Shown here piece after piece: positions 39,054 to 53,518 of a DNA stretch of 64,000 bases (its first letter is position 1; each line of letters starts with the position of its first letter). The position numbers and the translations under genes were made by a program. The stretch is from Tricharina praecox (taxonomy: Eukaryota), in NCBI RefSeq assembly GCF_024521635.1, contig NW_026250416.1, positions 558,001-622,000 of the forward strand. Direction: 5' to 3'. Under the pieces are notes generated by a model that ran no database searches, was not told where the DNA came from, and saw nothing but the letters and a program-made list of their open reading frames with translations.

Positions 39054-40291
39054 ATGCGGTTTTCCCTCCTTACTACACTGGCCCTCGCCGCCTCCGCCAA
39101 TGCGGCCATTATCTTTGTCGGCTCGTACGGTGGCCAGATCCACAGCGTCAACCTCAATGACTCCACGGGAGCGTTGACTCTGCTCTCGTCGACTTCGGCG
39201 TCAGCCCCAGATCCCTCGTGGCAGGAAACTTCGCCCGTGGCTAAAGACATCCTGTACACCGTTGAGGAGCGGGCCTCAGGCAACTACTCGTTGGGAGCTG
39301 TCACGTCCTACCGTATCGGTTCAAATGGAGCCCTTACGAAGCTGTTCTCCACCACCCAGATGGGCGGCCCCGTGAGCATGACCGTCTCGCCGAACGGAAA
39401 GATGATCGTCACAGCTAGCTAGTATGTTCAACTTCCATTCCCTAACTTCTCCCTGCCATCGAGATGCTAACGGAATGTAGCGTTGGAGGCGGTGTCACGG
39501 CATTCACGGCCAACCCATCAACCGGCAGCATCACCTTCCTGAAGGACTTCACCTATACTCTCTCCGCGCCCGGTGCCGTCCCAGAGCGTCAGGAAGCCCC
39601 CCACCCCCACCAAGCTCTCTTCGATGCCACGGGCAAATACGTGCTCGTGCCCGACCTCGGCGCGGATCTCATCCGCATCTACGGCGTGAGCGGTGCCCAG
39701 CTCACCGAGCTCCAACCTGTCGCTGTGACACCTGGTACCGGCCCACGCCACGGCATGTTCTGGCCCAAGACCGGGACCCCCAAGTACTACTACCTCGTCG
39801 GCGAGATAGTGAACTCCGTCTTGGTATATGAGGTCAGCTACAGCTCTGCGGGCATCGCGCTGAAGCTCGTCCAAACCATCTCGACGCTCCCCACACCCAC
39901 CAGTGGCACTCCCCCGTCGACCACCAGCGCCGCGCCATGGACCACGCCCTCCGCCGGCGAAATCGCCATCTCTCCGGACGGTGAAACCATCTACGTCTCC
40001 AACCGCAACGACAAGGTCTTCATCGCCACCACGGGAACCGACTCTGTCGCTACCTACTCGACTACGGACGAGGGTCTGTTGGAGTTGCTCGAGATCATTG
40101 ACGCAAAGGTCTCGACCCCCAGGCATATCGCCGTCGACCCGAAGGGGAAGTGGTTCATTACCGAGGGTCAGTCGAGCGCGGATATGTTTGTTTTCAAGAG
40201 GGATGCCGATGGAACGGTCGTTGATGCGCCTGTGGCTTCGTTGGCGGTGGCCGGTGGGCCCGTGTGTGTCACTTGGTCTAGGAAGACGTAG
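39054..40291 (+). CDS. Secreted lactonase-family 7-bladed beta-propeller (6-phosphogluconolactonase / carboxymuconate cyclase-like); intron 39422-39480
   Basis: Signal peptide MRFSLLTTLALAASANA, then ASYVGG, RQEAPHPHQ, VPDLGADLIR, GTGPRH, YVSNR and TPRH motifs. Confidence 0.9.
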
Positions 40292-40935
40292 CGGTTGAGT
40301 CGTTGCAGATAAGTTATAGGTCCAGGGGACCATGTACGGTAGTTTGTGTTTGAGGAAGGGAGGCATGGGGGAGTTGCTTGACTGCAATACGTTCATGTCT
40401 AGAGTATCTAGTAGCAGTGATAAAGTTATGTATAGGTATCCTGACTTTCGTCTGGGCTTAGCTACAGCGTTATGGATTGAGTCAATTGAATTAGGACTGT
40501 TCTCAAGAGAGCAGTATATGCGGCTAGTCGGCTGGCTATCCGAACCGTGATATTTTGTGACGATTCAATCTCGTGCCTTATTCTGGTGCCTGGAAGAATG
40601 CCTCGTGCCATGTCGCGAAAACCGGGTTAACCACAACTAGTAGTTATGCAGCCCCCACCATAGTAACCGATTGGGCTGGCGCCGGGGGATCGGGAGAGGT
40701 AGCGAACCCCAGTGACATACCCCACGGACCGAGTTCATTTTACCCCGCTCCTCTCCTTCACCTGGTCGGTGTTCGCGTCGCGCCGTCTGTTACATGGGGA
40801 GATCCCAGTCAATCGAGTAACCAAATAGGTGCTGCAGGCAGTTCATACATATTAACGAACGATGGACCTCCCTACGACTCCCCCGCAACCACCTCCAACG
40901 CGTCGACTCCATCCATCTCCATCCATCCCTCAACC

Positions 40936-43712
40936 ATGCCACCGAAACGCCGCCAGGTCAGCTTCGCCGTGTCGCCGACGCCTCCCCCGCGCTCGCGAAT
41001 CTCGGCAAAACAGCGCATCGAGATCAAAAGCGGCAGCTGGACCGATGTGCCGCTCGCCGCGGACTCTACAGACACTACGAAGCTCTCCCCCGTGCCAATA
41101 CCAACAAACATCCACCTCGACCTGCAGCGTGCGGGAATAATCCCAGATCCCCACTCCGGCACCAACGAGAGAGATGTGCAATGGGTCCATGACTGCACCT
41201 GGGAGTTCGAGACGGAGTTCTTCCTCACCCTGCCGTCGCTCGCGGGAAGGAAGGCGGAACTGGTGTTTGAAGGCCTGGATACCTTCGCTACCGTGTCTCT
41301 CAACGGAAAGGTCATCCTCGAGAGCGAGAATATGTTCCTTGAGCACCGGGTGGATATTACCGACGCGGTGCTGTTGATGGGGAAGCAGAATGTCCTCACC
41401 ATCGTGTTCCATTCGGCGATGAAGCGCGGGGACGCGCTGATGGAGGAGCACGGGAAACGCGTGTGCTGGAACGGACACTACAATCGACCCTTTGTACGGA
41501 AGGCACAGTATCATTACGGGTGGGATTGGGGGCCGTCGTTGGTTACCTGTGGCCCGTGGAAACCAATCTATATCGATATTTACTCGGCGCAGCTTTCGGA
41601 GGTCAGTGTGACCCCAACGCTCACGGCGGATCTGAAACAGGCGACGATAGGGCTGCGAACGAAGACGGATAGTGCCACCAGCCACGACGATCTCGAGATC
41701 ACCGCTACGATCACCTCGCCGAACGGAACGCAACGGACGGTCAGCCTGACCTCCTACAGCCGGAACGTCTATATGTCCACCATCACCCTCGACGAGCCGG
41801 AGCTCTGGTACCCCCGCACACATGGCGCCCAGAATCTATACGAGATTGAGTTCAAACTCTGTTCCGGCAACACGCACCTCCACACGGTTACCAAGAAGTT
41901 TGGACTGCGACGGGTGGAACTGGTTCAAGACGCCCTCCCCCAGGTGGATGGGGATAACCTCTCCGGTGGGACGACCTTTTACTTTCGCATCAATAACATC
42001 CCTGTGTTTTGTGGCGGCAGCAATTGGATCCCGGCCGATTCTTTCCAGCCGAGAATTACGCGCGAGAGGTTACAGGCTCTCCTTGACTTGATGGTGCGGG
42101 GAAACCAGAGCATGGTGCGGGTCTGGGGAGGAGGGATTTATGAGAGCGATGAGTTCTACGAGATCTGTGATACGGCTGGAATACTAGTGTGGCAGGATAT
42201 CCTCATGGCATGTGCAGACTACCCGGCACATCTCAAATACTTCGCCGATTCAATCCTAAAGGAAGTGGATCAGAATTTGAAGAGGCTACGATGGCATCCT
42301 AGCTTGGTGATTGTGGCGGGAAGCAATGAGGATTACCAGGTGGCGGATGAAGAGGTGGGGTATGACAAGGACGCGCCGGAGGACAAGTGGAGGGAGGAAC
42401 CGTTTCCCAGCAGATGGCTGTATGAGAAGAAGTTCGCCGAGATTGTCAAGCGGGTATGCAACGGCGACGAGGGCGAGCTGATAGGTGATGCTGGCGAGGG
42501 TGGAAGCGGTGTGGTCTACTGGCCAGGATCGCCCTTTGGCGGCGAGGACAGCACAGACCGAACGGTGGGCGATGTCCACCAGTGGAATGGTAGGATCTCC
42601 TCATCTGATCTCCCTTTCTTTGTCGCTGACTCTACTTAGTATGGGGTGGAATCCAGGCACCGTACCAGCGTTACCCCGACCTTGGCGGCCGCTTCGTCAG
42701 CGAATTCGGCATGCCGTCGTTTCCATCACTCCCTGGCATCCCATACCTTCTCGGCTCGTCATCCGATAACCACCCTCAATCGGAGGCAATCTCACACCAC
42801 ACCAAAGCACACTCGTTCGAAAAACGCCTCTACCCCTACATCCTGGAGAACTACCGCATCACCAACAGCTCAATTGCAGAAATCGTCTATCTCTCGCAGC
42901 TCGTGCAATCCGACGCTCTGTCTTGTGCCTTCCGCGGTTGGCGTCATCGCTGGGGAACCAGGGAATGTGGCGGCGCTCTCGTCTGGCAGCTAAACGACGT
43001 CTGGCCCGCAATATCTTGGTCGATAACCTCGTTTCCAGATATACCCAAGCCCGCGTTCTACGCAATATCGCGCGCGATGCGGCCGATCACACTCATCTCT
43101 CGCCGGCACACAAACGATCCAAAGCCGAACTCGAAGGTCGAGGCCCTGTGCGCTAATAAAACCGCCAAGGCGGGGAAGGCGGCCATGCATTCCACTCCTC
43201 ATATCTACCCGCCGAAGCAGAGCACTATCGACATCTCCCTCTCGAGCATTAGCCATGTACCCACCGAAGGGCTCCGCGTAGAGGTTCGGTACATCACCAT
43301 AAGTGACTCCGCCACCACCGCCGTCCTCTCCCGTGACTCCGTCACCGTCCCCGGCAACAACGAGGTTTCACTCCTCGCGTCCACCGTCGTGCCCGAAGAC
43401 AAGCCGACAGTCGTGTTCGCCGTCTGCTACGACGCTAAGGGCCAGGTGGTCGCCCGAGACGTGGACTGGCCACAGCCAATGAAGTTTGTGGATTCGCCTG
43501 CTACGCTGGGGCCAGAGCTGCAGTGGTGGGAGGGAGGAGTGGTAATCAGTGTTGCGAGGTGCATCAAGGGACTGGTGTTTGAGGAGTTTGCAGGAGAGAT
43601 CTGGGACGATAATGGTGTCGATGTGGTGCCCGGTGAGGTGCTGGCTATCAAAGTTGCTAACCTCAAGAAAGGGCCGAGGAAGATGTGGTGGTATGGGTGC
43701 GGTAAGTGGTAA
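40936..43712 (+). CDS. Beta-mannosidase, glycoside hydrolase family 2 (no signal peptide); intron 42590-42639
   Basis: FEGLDTFA, RKAQYHYGWDWGP, GSNWIPADSF, RVWGGGIYE, GSNED (acid/base), GDVHQW, RFVSEFGM (nucleophile) and WQLNDVWP. Confidence 0.93.
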
Positions 43713-44533
43713 CTAGCCGCTACATATTACAACTAGATGAGGAGGAAGGGATGTGTGAGGACACTGATGCTACATATCAACGATGCGGACCTTCGTGCCT
43801 AGTAACTGAGATTAGTGACGTACCATGATTCTTCAGAAACCAAATGTGGCCTAGTTAGTGACTTTGCCGTGATATCAGCTCCGTGCTCCACACCGCTCCA
43901 CACCGATGGCCGAAACGATCTCCCGCATGCTATGCATATCATCAATCTACCACGTGGTGCGCCAGTGTCCCACGATGGAGCCCCGCAACTGGCTATGCTT
44001 ATGCCAAAGGTCTCACACAGTGGGGGGGCCCCCGACTCGTAGAGTCCAGGCCCACCACCTGGAAAAAATCACCGAAAGCTCCTTCCTAGAGATTATCATA
44101 GTGATCTATCTACTATACTTATTCGCCTCTCTCATATACATACAAGTGCACCTTGATATGTGCCAGTCCCCAGTCCCCGTGTCGTGTGTCTCCGTGCACA
44201 GTGGGCCTAACTCAGAGATTCGAAATTTCGAATTCCGGGGAGGGACAATTTATGCATGCAGGCCGCTTCGAACTCGGCTAAGTACTGGTGTGGGCCATCC
44301 CGAGGGCTGGAGCCTGAGGGGATCGCTGGCTTCCCGGTATCCGTTTGTGTGGGTGGGTGGGTGAGTGGTTCCTGGGCGCATTGCGTGGAAACGCACCTGC
44401 CGCTCCTTCGGGAGTGTACCATGTGGCAGGAAGAGAGGAGAAAGAGGAGTATAGTATATATGCCCCCGCATTATACGGTAGTAATCAGCGAACTCCGACT
44501 CCCCCCGTCATCGTCATCTTCGCCATCCTCGCC

Positions 44534-45773
44534 ATGGCCTCATCTCCCGCCCCCGCCCCCGCCTGCAACCTCCCAGCCGCCAACATCGCCGTCGACGCCT
44601 CGCTCGAGGTAGACTCGCAAGCCGGCGACTCAGGGTACGAAGACCACGCGAGCAGCAGCGACTTCGGTTCCGAAGCCACATCCATCAGCTCATCGATCCT
44701 CAACTACGAGTACGAGAACGGACGGCGGTACCACGCGTTCCGCGCGGGACAGTATGCGATCCCCAACGACGAGGCCGAGCAGGACCGCCTCGACATGATG
44801 CATCACATCTACTCGCTGCTTCTGGCCGGGAACCTCCATCTCGCCCCGCTGAAGGAGCCAAAGAGGATCCTCGATATTGGCACCGGCACCGGGATTTGGG
44901 CTATTGATATGGCTGAGTGAGTTCGATTAGAGTACGTGTGGATGGGGGAGGGGCTCGGGCTGATGCAGTGGAATCTCTAGCGCGTACCGAGGCGCAAAAG
45001 TATTCGGGACCGATCTCTCCCCCATCCAGCCGGGGTGGGTCCCTCCCAACGTCGAGTTCTTCGTCGACGACGCGGAGTCGGACTGGACGTTCGAGTCGAA
45101 GTTCGACTACATCCACGTGCGGGGGATGGCAGGGTCGATCCAGGACTGGCCGCGGCTCATCAACCAAGCGTACCAAGCGCTGCGGCCCGGCGGGTACTTC
45201 GAGATCCTCGAGGGCCCCCGCTTCGATCTCACTAGCGACGATGGCACGTATAATAAGGACACGGCGCTGTGGAGGTTCTATGAGCTCGCCAATAAGGCGT
45301 CCAAGACCGTGGAGAGGAGCTTTAGCCTCGATTGCGACTTTGCGAAGGAGTTTAAGGACGCTGGGTTCGATGATTTTAATGTCACCATCAAGAACTTGCC
45401 CCTGGGCACGTGGCCGGCGGATAAGAAGATGAAGGAGCTGGGGCAGTGGATGACGGTGATGTATGTGCCCCTCCGTCCCTCCCTCCCCCCATTCCGTGTG
45501 CCGCGTTTATTGATGTGTGATCAGGGTTAACACCGGTTTTGAAGCATACGGCCTCGGCCTCCTCACCCGGGTTTTGGGCATGGACGTTGATGAGGCGAAG
45601 CAGCTATTTGTCGACTGTGCGCAGGAGGTGCGAGATCGGTCCGTACATGGGTACTTCCATATGTGAGTTCTCCCCCTACAGGCTACATGAAACTTTCAAG
45701 CTTTGTGATGCTGATAGTAGCGTGCAGGCACATAATGATCGGAAGGAAGGCACCGGAGGAGGAGGACTGCTGA
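44534..45773 (+). CDS. SAM-dependent methyltransferase, LaeA-like/TAM family; introns 44917-44980, 45461-45524, 45663-45727
   Basis: YEYENGRRYH, PNDEAEQDRLD, ILDIGTGTGIWAID, GTDLSPIQP, FFVDDAE, LRPGGY and PLGTWP. Confidence 0.92.
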
Positions 45774-47082
45774 GGGAAGTGAGCTTGCAGGCGGGGATTA
45801 TGGCTCGTGGTGGTGACCAAGGCATTGCGTGTCGAACGTTCAGAGTGAAATATGTTCTTGTATATATGATCCTGAGGCCCTTCGTGGCTGTCCATAACGA
45901 ACACTTTTCAATCTTCATGTCGGAGCTAAACAGTTATCGGTTGAGTGATAATTGTGAATTGGGATATAAACACGTGGCGCAAATACCGGTATTCCCGCTG
46001 GTAAAGAAGTGTCTGGTACTCAACGGCACATAGACAGAATGGAACTACCGGTACCGAGCTGCTAGACACCGGGGCCGTTTTCTTGTGCGATGTGAGGTCC
46101 CTAACACCACAAACACTGAGGAACAGAGCCCCAAACCCGGAAAGCAGGTACAATGCGAGTCTGACAGACGAAAGCTGAGGGGGAAAAAAATCAACAGGAG
46201 GGGAAAAAACTACGGTGCCAGGGATTCCCGCATGGTCACCCACTGCAGTACTAACCTGGCGATACCATGCTTAACTAGGGCTGAGCGGACGGGCTGAGCG
46301 GACGGGAAGCCGTGTATTCATGGTTCTATGACCGTAGCTGAACAATGACCTGTGTAAAGCTTTATAAGCTACGTGAAGAAGGTGTCGGATTTTGGATGCC
46401 CTGAGATGTTGGCACGAATAAGGTTCCGCGGCGGGCGATCTCGCGCTTCAGCCTTCAGGTAGGCGAGCAAGGTATGTATGGGCGTCGCGGGGTTGGCCGC
46501 GCTAACCAATCCTCCGCTAATACCAACATCATGCACACCGAGCCCAGCTGAAAGATGTGACGTACATGGGGAAGCTCGGCCAGGCCCCACCAGAAGCAAT
46601 AGAGGGCCTGAGGAAAAAGCAGCTGTTGTCGTATTTTATGATCAATACCATTCGCCATTGCTTTCTGGGACACACAGCATAATTACCGGTAGTATAGTAA
46701 TAGAGGGCCAGAATTTCCTATGAATGTAGCAGATAGAATACATAGCGAACCCATTGGCCGTCTGGTTTTTATGCTTTCCTAGACATGCAAGATGAATGAT
46801 CGGTTGATAACAAGCCGGAGCGGGGTGGATAATTCTAGTTCGTTGCCGTGGCACATACGGGCATCGCGATAAGGTGTGCTTTTAGGTGGCCCCGTCTGAT
46901 TGGACTCCATGCAGGCCATTTGGGAATACCATCTGACGAAAGCTTCATATCCAACGACACAACCGGCACAGTGCCACCCACACGGAGAATCGCTCTTCCA
47001 TGTTAGTTTATGTTCCCCCAGCCAGCGTGCCAGCACTGCAACGCGCAGTTGGAATCTACGTTCACACCTACCCACTCCTGCC

Positions 47083-50000
47083 ATGGGTGACGATAGTACT
47101 TTCCGTGAACGGGTTTTCAACCGCTTGAAACCTCGCGCAAACAGTTTCGACCTCAGTTCTGAAGGTAAAACGACTTCAAACCCTCGAGCTTCCATCAAGC
47201 AGCCTCCATACCAGGACATGAACCATCTGCCCGCGGGGCGTAGTGGACCAATGGGCAACGTCATGTCAATGCGAACGTAAAGATACTTCCCTTTTCTCGT
47301 TAGGGACAAAACTAAATGCTATGCCCCATTCAGTATATTGTCAAGTAGCCATCAGAATACGAGGAAATCATTGACAGATGAAATTTTCGAGGACTTTCGC
47401 GAGATATGGGTCAAGAGAAGGGGGGATGAGATGACACCGGAGGATCGTACCGTGCTGCTGGAGCGACTCACCGCACTCGTTGGGACTCGGATATGGGCGA
47501 AAAGTGCACCAAGCCGGCAATCCGAAGACAAAACTCGAGCACATACGCCTACTGCCCTGAAGCGAACAGCCACAGCCACAGCCGCAGACATGGAGCAAGC
47601 AGATTCATGTGCCGGGGGAGGCGCCACTGACGACCCGGGGCCGCTCGCACTCCGCGGTCAGACGGGAGGTGTCTCTATTGCTGGGGGAGTTGGTGAGGAG
47701 GACGGAATGCAGCTGGCAGGGAACCCCAATACTGGCGGAGAGCGGTCGGACGATCTTCAGGCCGACGAAGAAGGCAATGGAATCGTCGCCAAGAGGCAAA
47801 GCACGGCACAGACGAAGAACGGACTTTCTGTCTACGGACAAGATCAATCGCAGCACGAAGCTACGGGGGGCGAGAATTATGGGAATCTGAGGAAATTGAC
47901 GGGTTCTTCGGAAGTAGGCTTGACAGAGAATATTGCGCCCTTGCTCGAAAAAACACCCATTGTTGTTCACCAGGCTCCGCAGAGCATCTCCAAACTCTTG
48001 GCCGACAATTCCGAGTACGTTCCGCCCGGGATCGTGTTGGGGGCTTCCAAAAGCCATGTTGGGGATACGTCAGAAGTCAAACAACTCAACCACATACCAG
48101 GCGCCCATCGAACAAAACGAGAATTGGAGTTTAGTATTCCACCACCATCTGGGCTGGGGACTCTCATGTTCCCGATGAACCAGACCGGAGATATTTTCGA
48201 GCACTCTGCGCCGGATGCAAGTCGGAACCCAGAAGAAACCCGGCATGTCGTCCATGGTGCGGTCACCCCGGTCTCCGGATTCGTATCCTCGAAGGATGCT
48301 TCTAGGGGCAGAGAAATAGCCGCTACATCCAGTGCCTCCCAGACCATCAAAGACCGTCTACCTGAAATTACCGAAACCGCAGATACCCAGCAGGCCGCTT
48401 CTTCTACGCAGTGTGTAGTATGCGATACTACTAATGAGGTCTCCTGGTGCAGCATTTGCGATACAACTTTGTGCGGAAATTGTTGGTCCCGTCAGGTGGC
48501 TCATCAGAACAAAAGAGGATCCCGGGAGCACCCTAGGATGAAATTGTGGTTTCAAACGATATTGCCATCCCTTTTCTCTTCTGAAGAACCTTCGAATATT
48601 GACCAAACCAAGTTCAAATGGTATGAAGTGGACGCAAAGGGAAATATCTCTCTCGAGCACCGGTATGGAGAACTGTCTATGGAAGCGGGTATCGATCACC
48701 CGAGGTATCCTACCCTGCTCAGTTTTATTGGAGACCCTGGTGCAGGAAAAAACACATTGATCAGGGCTTTGATGAAGGTATACATGCTCCTTCTGCCACT
48801 CGTTCCATGCTTATTGTGCCATAGTGTAAGGGAGCACAACCAGGTGTTCAAACTCCGGTGGTTCAAACCATAGGGTTTGGAAACCTTGCCAAAGAAGTTC
48901 ACTTGTACGCCGACTCTTTCAAGGACGAATCGGACACTCCCTGGCTTTACGCACATACCGATGATAGTGGCGTGACGGAGATGAGCCCGGCAGGTGCAGC
49001 CGAGGAGTCTTTGTCGTCCAACCAAGATTGTGGAAGCAGCACAACTTCGCTACGTTCGGGCGAGCTCGGTGGCAGATTTACTTGCACAAATATACTTCTC
49101 ACACTTTCGGATGTGACGGTATATGTTACGAGGAATCCCCGGTGAGGCCGCTGGAACCATTACCCCTAGACTATATTCTGTGCTGACATCATGAAGGGTT
49201 ATCGAAGAGACCTTCGTCAAATTGATATTACTGGCTAAGATGTCCGCGGGACGACAGATACTGCCATACTTATTTGTGGTAGTTAACGCGGTAGAGAATG
49301 TGAGTAATCACTGTCATTCGGATAGAGGATATGCTAATAACCAGTCCAGTCGGAGTCCATCAGTGGAGTTTCTCCTCTATACCATACCGAATTTACGGAA
49401 CATACCTTGAACACCCATGCTGAATGTATCCAGAAAGAGCCGCTTAAGTCATTGGTGGACGATTGGACGGACAGGGGGAAGAGTATCAAGAACCTTCACG
49501 ACTTGATCTTGCGATACTACACTGGCATCAAGATTATTTGCATTCCACACTCAAGCTCGGACCCTTCACTAGTCTTGTCTCAATATCGGGCACTAGTGAC
49601 GGAAGTGCACAAGGCAGTGGAGCAGATCGTTCAGGAGAAGAAAGAGGCTGAAATTCTGCTCAATAGCGAGGACCTGGATGTCTACTTTGAGCATGCATTT
49701 TATTACTTCTCTCAGAATCCTTCCAGGCCGTTCAAATTCAACTTCCTCGAGACAGTATTTCGACGAAATCCCGTACAGGCGGCTTTTACAGACCAAGTCA
49801 ACCTAACGGCGAAGAATCTCACATTCAGGGGGGGGCATGATGACGGAGAAAAAAATCTAGAAACTCTGGTTGCGTCGAGCATCTTACTGGATGTCCGCCA
49901 CAAAGAATATCCACAGACATGTCAGTTCCTCCATATTTCTCCCCAGTGTTCATCGAGCTGACTTCAGAGTAGTGACCGCTGCCCCGTTCGTGTTTCAGAA

Positions 50001-51982
50001 ATATAAAAAAGTATGCCAGGAAGCAACGACAGTCGGCAGACCGTCCCCGAGCGGGTCAACACCCCCGGAAACCCCAAGCATTGGCCTCGGCCAATCTCAG
50101 ATCCCTCTCAGTTTGCCTATTGCTACAGGTGAATCCGACTCTGATCGTTTTCTTCAAGAGTACATGCGGCAGTTGCAGGAGCTTCAGGGGGTTGCTAGGG
50201 AGACGGGAGCTGTCCAATATGGAGTCAGGCGGCCAAGCATGATCAACATGGAGAATGGTGCGTCTGACACTGCTGGGGTTGCCGCTTCCACCGGAGCAGC
50301 ACACCAGTCTACGGTCGGTACCGATGTCACCAACGGTTTATTAGGACCAGACGTTGCCGACACGAAAAGCGATGCTACCGAATCCCACCACAGTAATCCC
50401 GGGAGTGTGCTTTTCAATAACCGTCGGCGGATCCTCAAGCTTTTGTCACAGTTACGTATCAATATCGATAAAGTGCCATCCTTTTGCCAATGCGAATGTT
50501 GCAAAGGACTTCCAATTACTCAGCTACTACAGGGTGAACAAGAAATTTTCCGCCTTTGTCAACAAGACTTTTCCGACTCTGACGCGCAGTTCGGAGACCG
50601 GAGCACGTCTGGACCGGGATGGGAATCGCGGGAAACGTTTCCCCGAGTCCTTGTGCTCACTGGGTGAGTAGCCGAATAGCATCTCAATCTTACTTCGAAG
50701 CAGTTTTGATTGGTTCTTAGGAATGTTGATCAAACTAAGGATCTTCTGGAACACATCAAGACATCGATTAGAGGAATACCTCTATATGCAATTGTCGACG
50801 TGATAATCTGGTAAGTACGAGAAGACGCCATGCTGTATCCAATCACTGATACGGTGTACTTTTAGTTCCGAAGGTTTCCGGGAGACTCTCCGCGAAATCA
50901 CTCAGGCCGAAAAGAGACATCCATGCATGTTTGTCTTTCCTGATTACAAGGCGCCGGACGAAGGTAGGAAATCACTCCTGCGTCTGGATTGTCATTAGAC
51001 TGATTGAATGTGCTAGAAAAACGGTCCCTTGTTGAGGGGAATTATCGAGACTTGAGTGTATGGGCGGGGTAAACACTCTCTCTTCCTTTCCCTCGAAGTC
51101 GCATCAAACTTATCTAGTTATGTGTCAGTTACTGCAAGCCAAGGCACAGGTCTAGTGGTTCTTCAGGATCACCATCAATGGCAGTGAACAAGGCGGGCGA
51201 TAGGACTGGAGAGTCTATCCCAACGAAATCTGGCCGCCACGGCAGGTGGACGACGAAAGCCGTCGGAGTCGTCTCGAAGGCCGTCGGAGCGGGCACGAAA
51301 GCCATCGTAGCAGGCAGGAAGGCCGCTCGGAAGGAGTTCAACTCCTCGCGACCGTCCAGCTCAATGATTATGGAACACAGAACAGCAGTGGCCAAAATAC
51401 CGACTCCGGATCTGGAGACCATTTTCATATACGAAATTGAATACCTTCGCTGCCATGTAAAGGCTACTGCTGACATACCTTACGCCGCGCTGGGATCCAT
51501 ACATTCCGATGAAAGCTTAGCTGAGAGGCTTGTCGCCACCCTGCTTGCGAATGTTTTCTACTTCAAGCCCGTCAAGATCCAAAACATTAGCACCTCCAGA
51601 GGCACCCGTTTCCGTTGTACAGGTCCGTTCATAAACCACTCCCCACCTCTGGGTAACGCTGATAGCAAAAGGTGAAATCCTCTGCCGTTTTGGTAGCGAC
51701 CCGAAACTTCTCGCACAACTGAGAGAGGTCGTGGAAGACAGCGGACCACTGTTCTCTATTGAGTGCAATGGGAAAACCATCTTGAGATCATTCGGAGAGA
51801 GGCTCGATGAAGAGAAATTCCAGCTTTCAGTAGAGTTCATCGTCGACTCTATCGACGCTGCGATAAGTATCCGCCTCATGCGAGGTCAGCATACGCCCTC
51901 CGTGGGCGGGTTTCCTGCCACTCTCTACGACTTGAAGAGGTTGCGCCGAAGAACACCAGGTATGTGGGATCTTCCGGAGTAG
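47083..51982 (+). CDS. Degenerate paralogue of the neighbouring gene: B-box-like Zn finger + pseudo-GTPase + patatin remnant; 11 exons
   Basis: Introns starting at 47277, 48778, 49142, 49300, 49921, 50664, 50810, 50963, 51069 and 51623 keep one open frame. Motifs: CVVC..WCSICDTTLCGNCWSRQVAH..H; SFIGDPGAGKNT; VHLYAD; RVLVLTG; LLANVFYF..CTGEILCR. Confidence 0.75.
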
Positions 51983-53518
51983 ATCTCTTGCTATTGTTGC
52001 TCATATCGGCGCGTTGCGACAGGTCTTTGGTAACTAGGGTTTCAATAATTATGGCATATGTAGTGGGGTTACTGTAGCTTGCAATTCAACATCGGCAATT
52101 TTCATTGGCTGGTGTGACCTTTGTGGAATTACCATAATGGATCCGACGGAGATCCTTCTCATCCAATACACTCCTTCGTAGTGTGAATCCTCCTACAATC
52201 CAATTGGCAGCTTTGACGAAAATCATGCGAAGTCTCTATTTTAAGTAATTCCCTGCCGGATCACCTCATAGTACATACGAGTACGCTCGAGGTATATCTA
52301 TGGTGGGGTATATCGACTCCATCCCACACAGTACCAGCCCCAAACAAACCGAACAGGAGCCCTTTTACACCAAAATACGGTATGTACTCATTCAACCACA
52401 GATACAGTGACCCACATGCATTAAGTTGTCTGTCACCACCATGAGAGGAGCGATATGGAGGATAGAGAGAGGATCAGATAAGATAGGAGGAGGGGCTAAC
52501 TACCTAGTCGGATCGGTGGACCCGAATGGTGGTCACAATAGCCGAACTAGCCGGATCTGGTGGCACCGAACGTTGTAGGCAGCGGAGGAGAGCTATGAGA
52601 TAGCTCTTCGAAGTTGAATAAAACCTCAACTTCTCCATCATCCTTCATTTCCGCTGTTCCCTTTTGTCGGGCTACGTCACCTATAAGTACAGTCTACACC
52701 GGATTAAACCAAAGAATACGGTAAACGGTCTTCAAACCCGCTATCTACCCCACAACACAGAGTGGCACACCTCAGCTCAAGCACTTTTGAGTTGGAGTCC
52801 CGACTCGCAGGTGATCGCGAATCAGGGTTCTATCATGGTGACTCTCTAGAAGCACATTGAAGAGTCTTGTTAGACGCTCTACTCAGGTCGATGCCCGCGA
52901 CGCCGCTAGCAAGGTGTCGCCATCCGATAGGCCCAACTTTTCGTGCCTCACGGGGTAGTTAACGGCTTCAGGGAGAGTGCGGCTCAAATCGTACCCCGCA
53001 ACCCACACGCAAAAACCATCAGGGTGAGCGGGGTGGGGCACGAAACTCTACACGCGGTTCCGAATTGGCAGACGAGCATGAAAGTATCGGCCTCGATCGG
53101 TTGATCCGAGTAACTCTCGAGCGGGGCGCATTGAGTGAGGTGAATCCGCGAAGTGTGTCTGCACTCGATTGGTTTCCTTCAGGTGTTTGCATAGTGGTCT
53201 AGCTGCATCCTCCGAGATGGAACTGACCGACCCGCAGCTGCAATATGAGTGCCACTGAAGAAAGCGGTCCTCTTGGGGCTTTCGTTGTTTTTACTTCGGG
53301 GCATTCTAGGCATCCTCCAATCCTGATCTTATCCAACATAGTACAGGACATCTGCGCCGTTCCCGAGCCTGCGTTGGAGCTTCTCACGCTCATTTATCTG
53401 GGAAGCTTCCTTGTGGACGGATACACCTACAATAAGAGGCTTTCTACCCAACATCTTAGAGATCTCGAACGCGCAATTACCACCAAGTCACCCCAGTGGT
53501 TAACTAGCCATAACACCA

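Noticed and set aside
40573-40935. N-terminal extension of the beta-mannosidase ORF from a GTG
   Set aside because: Non-ATG start in promoter-like sequence. The ATG at 40936 has a good context.
39518-41823. Long minus-strand ORFs (292 and 297 aa)
   Set aside because: Antisense shadows of the GC-rich lactonase and mannosidase genes.
39054-45773. Possible metabolic cluster of lactonase, mannosidase and methyltransferase
   Set aside because: No backbone enzyme, transporter or regulator is present and localisation differs (secreted against intracellular). Adjacency alone is insufficient.
47083-51982. Calling the first GTPase/patatin paralogue a simple pseudogene
   Set aside because: After splicing 10 plausible introns I found no stop or frameshift, despite very high protein divergence from the neighbour.
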